Source: Auanema rhodensis (lineage: Eukaryota; Animalia; Nematoda). From it: DNA of 64,000 nt. Shown here one piece after another: positions 54,701 through 64,000 of the stretch (position 1 is the stretch's first letter; each line of letters begins with the position of its first letter). The DNA lies in NCBI GenBank assembly GCA_964057225.1, contig OZ059897.1:13454001-13518000 (forward strand), read 5' to 3'. The translations under genes were made by a program, and so were the position numbers. The notes below the pieces were generated by a model that saw only the letters and a list, made by a program, of their open reading frames with translations, had not been told where the DNA came from and searched no databases.

Positions 54701-57700
54701 GGTTTGAAGCCCTTTTTGACCAATATGTAAGCAGAAAACGTCACATTGAGTATCAATACAATTGGCACACAGGTTCGCAACATAGGAAGTGGAGACAGCA
54801 AGAGAAACAAGAATCATTTTGTCATAATATTTTGCTATCGACACAGTAAGATGAAGATATGACACTTGATAGACAAATGTAATAGTATGGAAGTAAATAG
54901 AAAAATAAACGAGTGATATACAAAACTAAAGATTTAAGCTTTAAGTAAATTTTTAAAAATAAAATTCAATCGAAGTGCACTTAATATGTATAGGCATATA
55001 AGTATCCGATATACATTATTCCGATTATTTGATTCTATAAGAAAAAAAAAGAAAAAAATAGTGCAAAGTTCAATATGTTGAATGAACCAAAATTCTCAAA
55101 ATACTTAAAAATTCGAGGTTTAGGTGAGTATGTTTGTCCTTATTTCAATAAGCTTGTGTCTCCCACATAGAAAATTTCAAAATAAACGGATATTTTCCAG
55201 AGAGATTTAGAGAACTCTAACAGAATCCGAATGTTCAAAAAAACTAGAAAAAAGTGAATATGAGATTAGAGGCATCACTTGCATTTCCGAAAATATAATG
55301 GAATAGCTAAATAAAATAGGAAACACCAATTTAATAAGGAACGAAGATGAAAAAACATAATATCAGATAATACAGTATCATCTAAACAACAAGATTATAA
55401 ATTAACAAAGAAGTACATTCATTCATAAGTTTTTAAAGATTAAATAGGTAAAACATATGAGAACAACCGTATATTGCGCATTATAAAACAAAAATAAGTT
55501 TGACGTAGCTGAAATTGCCATGAAGCATATTTAAATAACCATGGCCTGCATTGTGGATAGATAACACGTGATGCAAGCTATTCGCAGATATATTAAATAT
55601 AGATATACTTATATGAATACATCCCAGAAAATATAATTTCTCGCTTGTTATTCAGAAACCTTGTATGATGATTCGAAAAGATCAAGTTTTGCTTCTATGC
55701 ACTTAAAACACATTAAAATAACTAAATTAAACTATTTATAACAGAGAACTGGAGAAGGGGGGGGGGGGTATCAAATAAGTTTTCAGCAAATCATTCGATT
55801 ATAATATTTGACGTTTTGAATTAATTCTACAAAAGTTGGCTTAATATGCTTTTTAAAATATTTGACCGTTGAAACTAAAACAAAGTATTTGTGAGAAAGG
55901 CTATTGAATTGCATATATACATGTTTAATACAAGCACGAGCAGTTTTAAAATTAGCATAAGTTGGTTTGTGACGCTATGAAAAGAAATTCAGTGTCATTC
56001 AAAAATTTGCTGGGCACTTGCCTGACTAAAAAAGAAAAAATAGCATTTAGATATTCAGTGAATGATGTAACACATACAAGCCGTTAGACAGGAAGGCAAA
56101 TGAGACAAAGCATAGATGAAAACAGATAAGAGTATTCTGGTTAGCAACTATTTGCATGAAGTCTCTGTTGAAAAGTACTACATTTCGAATATAAAAGTTG
56201 TAACAAAAACTTCAGAAGGGATCAATGAATAGTTGACATCTGTATTACAAAAAAGCTTCATTATAAACAAATGTTGTACTCTAATCTGTATATGAAGAAA
56301 GGACGACTATTGTATGATCAAACTTAATAGCTATTATATAAAACAAAAGAATTGATAAAAGAATATTCAAAAAAGAGGAAGAAAGATATTGGCTGATGTT
56401 TTTTTTGCAGAAAAGAAAACCAACGAGATTGAATTGTTGTATAAGCTTTTTGACGTAGTTTGGAAAGAGATGAAAAGCCATCGTATTCCGTGAGGACAGC
56501 GAGTCAATTTGTGAGTGCTCACTGCACTCTAGAATATGAAAAGCTGTCCACGAATATTTGATTGACCAGGCGAGATAAATGAAAATGAGAGTAGATTAAG
56601 GATGGATGAACTCGAGTGACATGCAACCTTTTCATAGGAATTGTGCAGGAAAATTTAAAAGAAAACATAATTAGCTGATGTGCAGAAAGGCTATTCAGAA
56701 TTTTGGAGCACATGAAATTTGTGATGATGGCAATAAAGCAACGTGTTTTTCTTAGAACTATTACTGAAAACTTAATATGAGCAAATTATATAAAACTTGT
56801 TGAAAAAATAAGTGGAATAATAAAAAAAAGTTAAAAGCAGATCAGCATATTCTATATCAGCAAGCCAGGTCATACTAGCTTATCGACTAGCTAGGGTTGT
56901 CCTTTTGAAAAACAATGAAGGCTCACAATCCAAATATAGAGAGAAAAGAAATTTGATCTGACTCAGTCAATAGAGGAGCTTCAAAAATGTAGAAGCAAGA
57001 AAGTGTCAAACTGAAGCAACATAAACTAAAAAGTGACTTAATTATTCTTTTTTCTAAAGACAACAATGGGCTGAATAGGGCTGAAGGTTAAGCGAAGTTT
57101 TAGTCATATTTCCTAATGTTGTGTACTCTTCGTGCTGCCTGATTTGCACATGAGCGGAAATTTCTAAATGTAGATCTAAAGAATGACGACAAAACGAATA
57201 AATTGAACTATGAAAAAAAGAAGAAAATAGAAAGCGTTGATGTTTCTACATTTTGAATAAAATTTACTCACAAACCAATACGGAAGCTCTTGGAAAATTC
57301 TTACATTTTCCGCCTCTTCATATTTATCTATTCTTCTTTCTACTAACTTTTATCTATCTTAATGCTTACGTTTTAGCGAAGAAATTTGCGGAGACAACAA
57401 GAAGTATGACAGTCCTAGCTTACGTTCATCGTCCTCTTTTTGATTATTTCTATGCCACTCGTGGTTCTCGCAATGGGGACTATGAAGGAAATCTAACAAA
57501 AATATTTGTACAATCAAGAGCTCAAACGAGCGGACATCACAAACAGAAGAAACGTTTTCGATAGACGTTTGTCTCGTCTCAGTATTGTTCCAACTTAAGT
57601 GAAATTGTTGTCTTATTCTTTCGTACCTCACTTCCTCTCCGCTTCTTCCTTTTCATAAACTTGAAGACAAATGAAAAAAAATTGCTCATTTTCACGTGAA

Positions 57701-60364
57701 TCATACGATCTTTCTACATTTATGTTTCCGAGAAAATCTTTAGTAATGTTTGATACTCAGTTGTCTTTCTCTGTTTCAATATGTGATTACTTGCTTCTTG
57801 TTATTGCACCTCTCGACGACAAATCATTAGAGCCACGTGCTTTCCAGCTAAAAAAATAGAAAAGTTCCTTAATAGCTGATTTTAATGTCACATTTTAAAA
57901 CAAAATCAATTGGAAACCATTTTGGTTCAAAGAAAAAAATACTTCCCAATTGCATCGATGTCTCCATTTAAAAAAAGGTTCAAGGCATCAATCGGAAATT
58001 TAGTTTCGTCAAAATTTAAAAAAGATCAATAAATGAAAGACAATAAGATGGGGATCTATTAATATTTTAGAGATATTTAGCGTAATAGCTTGAAATAGTC
58101 GATATTACGGAGATAATAAAGGTAGTTTGTTGGTTTGTCAGGCGATAAATGAGAAAGATGGAAGAAAAAGTCGCTAGAAGATGCGAAATCACGACAATGT
58201 TGTTTATACTAATTTTTCATGGACTTTACAGGATATGGGAATGCAAATACCAGATTCGAAACAAAATACAGAGACAGATGAATATCGGAAGTGCAACCTT
58301 AAAAGATAACATTGTGTCAAGCATTTAGAGCCGTATAAAAGCAGAAACGAGAAAAAAAGATAAATTATGAAGATGAGAAAGAAAAGATCGGGGAGAAATT
58401 GTCGACATGCCGGTTTAAAATTCACACCACACCACTCCCTGCGCCAATATTCGATATAGAATTGTGTTTAGACAAAAGAAAGGACTCTGCAAGTGTGAAG
58501 GTCATAAGGTAAGAAAAGAGTGAGGATCTCAATGAAATATAAAAATATAATCACTTAGTGATTGGAAGTTTTGCAACAAAATTCTCGAATAATGTTCAGC
58601 AGGAAAAATAACAAAAGGTGCTAGGCAGTGTTTAAAGTACGAATTCTCCGGGAGTGACTTGATGAATTCAATAACGAATTTTCAAAAGCTTCAATTTATG
58701 ATATGAGCTAGAAAGAGTGGAAACAACTATTTGAAACATGTTAGTCAATTGTAATAAAAATGTTTTCAACAAAAATCTTTTGAAAGTCCTGACGACTGGA
58801 GATAGTGATTGCTATGTATGTAAGAACTTCCAGGTTGCCTCCATATATGGATTAAATTTGATTGTTTAGATATATGGATTTTAGAGCAAATAGGAGGATA
58901 TGAGAACAACAAATCAAATATTTAGCATGAATACAGCAAAGAGTTAGGAAAAGAAAAAAGGAGTCCTGATAGGCATAAACATAAATCTTCTGTTTTCATT
59001 TATGTAGTCCTCATACATAACAACTGTGTATTAATATTGAAAAAATATGAGAAAAATATAAAAAATAAAAAATAATAAAGAAGAGCATGATAGAAAACTA
59101 TAGCAGCACAAAGTCAATAACGAGTACTACATATAGGATATCATAATACTTCGTTATAATGCTTCAGCTTTTTCGTTTCCAGCAAATAGCACAGCACTTT
59201 ATGTTGACGTGAGAATCAGCCGACAACAGATTATATAAGAAAAGTATAACAGAAATTGAGCTGATAGAAGGAAAAAAAAGACAAATGTTTTTGTTCGAAA
59301 ACTGTAATCATTTAAGTGCATCGGATTTCGTAAGCATGATTCGTAAGGTGTGGCAAACATAAAGTTAAGCTGCGAAAAAATATAGTTGTTGTAGATGATC
59401 ACAGATCGAAGAGATAAAATAAATAACTTGTTATGGGAATGTAGAATTTATATTGGTAAAATTAGCAAAAAAAAACATTATTCATACAAAAGAGCGCAAA
59501 TCGCGTGAAAAGCAGGTGATGAATTGGAGAGGAATTAAATATAAGAATAAGAGCTTGGATAGAACAAGTAGAAACAACAGAAAAGACATCAGGAAAGATG
59601 TGGTGAACACTGAAGAGAAAGAGGCAAGCAGATAAAGAGAGAGAGAGTGAAAAATAAAGAGAAACGGAGAAATAAATGAAGAGAAAAAAAGATGTTGAGA
59701 CTTAAGGTTTTATACTATGGGGTTACGTTGAGGGTGATGAAAGATGTCAGTGGTATGATCGGATCGTGGTGAAAGAAGAAAAATCGGAAGAATGCGTAGT
59801 TTCTTAGTCTCTGGAGACCTCTTGTATATTCGTACTGTCTAATCTGAGGACAGACAAACAAAGCTAAACGAGCTAACGACCAGAACAATACAATTCGATG
59901 AACGGCTCGTTCTGCATTTTCGGCCATTGCTCTACGTTTCTCTCCAGAAATAGCCATTCATTCTCAGAAAAAAATGTTTATTGTCGAGTATTGACAGTAC
60001 TGATCAAAGATAAAATGAACAGTGAAAACATAGAATGTATAATATCTGTATATTCTCTCAAGTATTTGAAATGTGTTACAATCAATTCCCACCGCTCCTA
60101 TTATAAAAAATATACATACAGGTAATGGTTCCTACTGCAGAAAACATTTTTAATGAATCCTGAAACTTTTAATCTAATTATGCTCCGCATTAATCCAAGT
60201 GCTGGAATGCAATAACAACCCAACCTATCACGAGAATCAAAATATTAACGAATTTGATGGAAGAGGACAAATACAATTGAAGCTGGGCAAAGTAATTCGC
60301 ACAACGAATATCAGTCAAAATGCCATTCGGAAATGAAATTTTAAGCACAAACACATCACACGTG

Positions 60365-60413
60365 ATATCTATCTATCTATCTATATCTATCTATATATAT
60401 GTATCTATATATA
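60365..60413. repeat. (TATC)n/(TA)n microsatellite
   Basis: Directly visible. Confidence 0.8.
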
Positions 60414-60872
60414 ATACATGTATACGTTTAAATATAAGAGATTAGACGTTGGAAAAACGTTTTCGTCCTATTTCTCATGTTTTTTAATAGTATCTGAACA
60501 AATTGACAGGGAATTGATTGTTCGCCAATGTTATCAGAGAGTGTGACAGAATGTAGAGAAAACTCACAAATAAAAAAAGAAGAAAGAAAAAAAAACATAC
60601 TTTTATCTCGGTTCACTTATAATTTTCATGTGCAACCAGCTCCGCGCAACCAAAATTTGTAAATGAATTTGTAGTTTCACAAATCTAACTATTCGTTTAT
60701 TTTTTTTCAAAGTGTAAATAACAAAGTAATAATGAATAATGAATAAAGGTTTTGTATTAAAGTTCTAAAGTTTAATTGTTTATTTTGATCGAAAATATAT
60801 TAGAATGTGTACAAAATATATACGGTAATATACAAAATGCACTGAGCTGAATTAAGGATGATCCAGTTTTTT

Positions 60873-61720
60873 TCACTTGAACTTCTGAATAGCCTCTCGT
60901 ACTTCGTTAATGTTTGCTGCATCTCCCCATTCCTTTTCAAGATGATGCCAGACTACTTCATTATTGGCGATCAAATAAACTCCTATACAGGTTGACATAT
61001 GTTTTCGCCAGAATATGTTCAATTTACCTCCAAGCAAACGTCCTTCTCCTTCAACGTTTCCAGAAAATCCTTCTTTTTTTGTTTTATATATATTTACATA
61101 CGTGCCAACACGTAGGAATCCCATCCATACAGGCAACCAACGTTGATTTGGACCATAGAAACGTTTCTATGGGATAAAATATAAAAAGAATAGTTCAGAG
61201 AGATTATACCTCACTGTCAAAATAAACATCTCCCTGAAAATACGGTTGAAAATCGGTGACACCCTTTGTTTCGTGAACAACAGCCATCTAAAAATGAAGA
61301 TGTTTTTTTTTAGAATCGGAAAACAATTGCAAAATATTTTTCTATATTCCCAAAAATATCTAACCAATCCAATGCCAGCTGCTTTCATTTCAGGAAGAAG
61401 AGTGCTCAACTGTGCGGCTTCACGGCGACATAGCATGCAACCTGGTCTTCTAACGGCCATGACCATAGTTGGTCCCTTATTAAATATTTCCTGGGCCTTA
61501 ATAAATGTATTGTTTTTAGTTATTTTTCCACAACTGATATCCTCACCGCGAATTGTTTGCCTTGATCAACAGCAGAATCATCCTTGATAGCAAGCAATTT
61601 AGCAGAAGCTAAGTAAGCAGCTGTTGGGGCTACTGCACCAATAGTTAGACGAGTAGGTAAATTAGCATAAAGAACAGCTCCTCCCAAAGCAGCTAATGCT
61701 CCATATCCAAGAAAAGCCAT
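60873..61720 (-). CDS. Peroxiredoxin-like 2A / FAM213A (SelU family, AhpC-TSA_2) redox protein
   Basis: N-terminal hydrophobic anchor; MAVRRPGCMLCRREA CxxC motif; YFQGDVYFD, KRFYGP, GNVEGEGRLLGGV, HLEKEWGD. Confidence 0.9.
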
Positions 61721-62544
61721 CTTAAGAAAAAGAACATATCACATTTCGGAAAAATATAAACTGCAAGACATCCGATGCAGACAATAGCGAAAGAAAAAAT
61801 ACGATAACAGGATGAAAAATCATAGAACTGAACTTTGAAGAAGATTAGCTTAAATTTCCAAAACTTATAAAAAAGAAAACGATAAACGTCATAAAGTGCT
61901 TAATTCGGGTTATATCGTGCACCGTGCACAAATTCATTGTTATCTACTAGCATAATATGATGAAAGAAAAATTTCCCAATATAGTAAACGATAAGAACAA
62001 CATTGAATTGCAATATACACTTATGAAGGAGACAAAAATTGAGAGAACTGAAAAAATAGGAATTTCCCAATAATATAAAACGAAGTCAATAATCATGATC
62101 AACATTACCAACTGTTAAATAGTGGTACTAGTTGTTTTCTAAAATGTCTAATGCAACTTGAGCCAGAAAGTGATGAGTAGAAGAAGGTGATCAAATGAAA
62201 AAAAAGCTCTTTAAGAAAACGTAAGTGTGATATCAAAATAATATATAAAATATTTTCAGATTGTCATCTAATAACCACAATGTAGCCAGAGCACAAATAA
62301 AAGTTCACATATTAGAGAGCAATAATCGTGAAAGATAGTTATGAGAGTGAACAGATCTACGGCACACGTAGAAAAGAAAAATTTATTTTCAGCTTTTAAT
62401 TAGTACATAATAATTTTAGAAATGTATTTAACATTGCGAACAGAATTACAAGGCAAGAACATCCACAACCATCGAACGAACCAATGTGAAAAGTACAAAG
62501 TGAGAATAAGACGTTATAAAAAATATGAAATGAGTATTGAAAAA

Positions 62545-64000
62545 TTATTCTGGTCTGCGAATAAGTACAGCCATAGCTTCGCCTCCTCCATTACAAAGAG
62601 TTGCGATTCCAAGTTGACCAGGCTTAAGTGAGTAAGCAAGAGTGACTACAACGCGAAGTCCAGACATTCTATAAGAATATGATAAGATTTATAAAAAATA
62701 TAATATCTAACCCAAGAGGATGTCCCAAAGCTACAGCTCCTCCTTTAACATTAACAAGATCTTGATTAATGTTTAAATCTTTAATCATATGAAGAACTGT
62801 TACGGCAAATGCTTCATTTACTTCCCATAGAGCAATGTCATCAACAGACAGTTTGTTCTTTGCCAAAAGCTTGAACAAAGTAAATAAGAGGCAGGTTTGA
62901 AAAAAGAAACTACCTTCTTAACGGCGTATGATGGAGCTGTTGTGAAATCGATGGACGGTACTCCAGCTTCGGCAAAATCTACAATCTCAGCTAGTGGCTT
63001 CTTACCTATAAAATGAAGCGTCTTCAATCATTTTTCAAAATCACAAAACCTGCTGGAAGTGCGGATTCAGAGGTTACAACAGCAGCTACAGCCCCATCAT
63101 TTAATGATGAAGCGTTAGCAGCTGTAATTGTACCTTCTTTATCAAAAACAGGTCTAAGAGTTGGAACCTATTAAAGAACCAGAAGTCAATAATTAAAATG
63201 CAGTAAATATTTAGAACCTTTGCCTCATTCAACTTCTTGTACTCTTCATCTTCAGAAATGTTAATAACACCACCACGTTGACTAATTGGAACTGTGATGA
63301 CCTCCTCGGAGAAGGCACCATTCTGAAAAAAAAAATTCAGCATCAAAAACTCAGTTCACAAACCTTCCATGCAGTAGTAGCTTTCTTATAACTGTTAACA
63401 GCAAATTCATCTTGTGATTGCCGACTAATTAAGCCTTCTTTGACAGTTTTCTCTGCGCAAAGACCCATAGGTGTTTTATGAATTACATCTTCAAGTCCGT
63501 CCTTTGCAATACCGTCCTAAGAAAATACATAGAGATAGAAGTGATTACTAGAGATTTACAATCATTTTCATTCCACCGTAAGGCATATCGCAACGAGGTA
63601 GATAGTATGGAACCTAAAGTTTCAAATATTGAAGAGATAAATTAATATAATTATACTTGAGACATATTTTCAGCTCCTGCTACCAGAACTTTACTTCTGT
63701 ATCCACTTTTAATAGACAAATACGCGAATGTCAAAGCTTTCAAGGAAGAAGAACACACTTTGTTGATTGTAACGGCTTGGGCATCAGGTGGAATTCCTAC
63801 AATATTTACATATAATTCATTCTATTTATGCGACTCCCACCAGCATTAGTGGCAATTTGTCTAGCTATATTCTGCCCACAATTAGCAGATAGAACATTTC
63901 CTACAAAAGTCTCCTCTATTTCACCAGCGGAAACACCTAATATTATCGATAAATAATGAATAACGTTAAAAAGGAATACCAGAACGACTTAGAGCTTCTT
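62545..64000 (-). CDS. Acetyl-CoA acetyltransferase (thiolase, ACAT1/kat-1-like), 5' end outside window
   Basis: TINKVCSSS (catalytic Cys), [47 protein letters not shown]; stop at 62545-62547. Confidence 0.95.

Noticed and set aside
59734-59847. GTGATGA...CTGA pair resembling a C/D box snoRNA
   Set aside because: No terminal stem and no recognisable rRNA antisense element
60873-61720. Possible selenoprotein (SelU family)
   Set aside because: The redox motif is CxxC with ordinary Cys codons and no in-frame TGA
61720-62545. Thiolase and PRXL2A as an SL2 operon
   Set aside because: The 825-bp stop-to-start gap is longer than typical operon spacing; cannot be supported without SL2 data

Overview
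AT-rich eukaryotic genomic DNA from a nematode, probably a clade V rhabditid: introns are mostly about 45-80 nt with GT..TTTCAG ends, and cuticle collagens are present. The six-frame ORF track is largely uninformative because the genes are spliced, so I assembled exons by hand. Genes in order: a transmembrane DSL Notch ligand (+), CAMTA/camt-1 (-), dpy-2 (+), dpy-10 (+), an orphan multi-TM protein (-), rapsyn/rpy-1 (+), a very large Cys-loop ligand-gated channel subunit (+), the double-bZIP NFIL3-like atf-2 (-), an atypical AMPK gamma subunit (-), a PRXL2A/SelU-family redoxin (-) and a 5'-truncated thiolase (-). I found no tRNA, rRNA, CRISPR array or intact transposon. Best leads: (1) a spliced, Lys-rich ORF that shares two exons with dpy-10 and overlaps its first ~36 codons in another frame; (2) the Cys-loop subunit has a ~800-aa N-terminal extension with furin sites, a possibly duplicated novel domain and an EGR motif in place of PAR; (3) a dense cluster of RORE/DR2-like nuclear-receptor sites upstream of atf-2. 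Gene names rest on my recall of C. elegans and human proteins; no searches were run.
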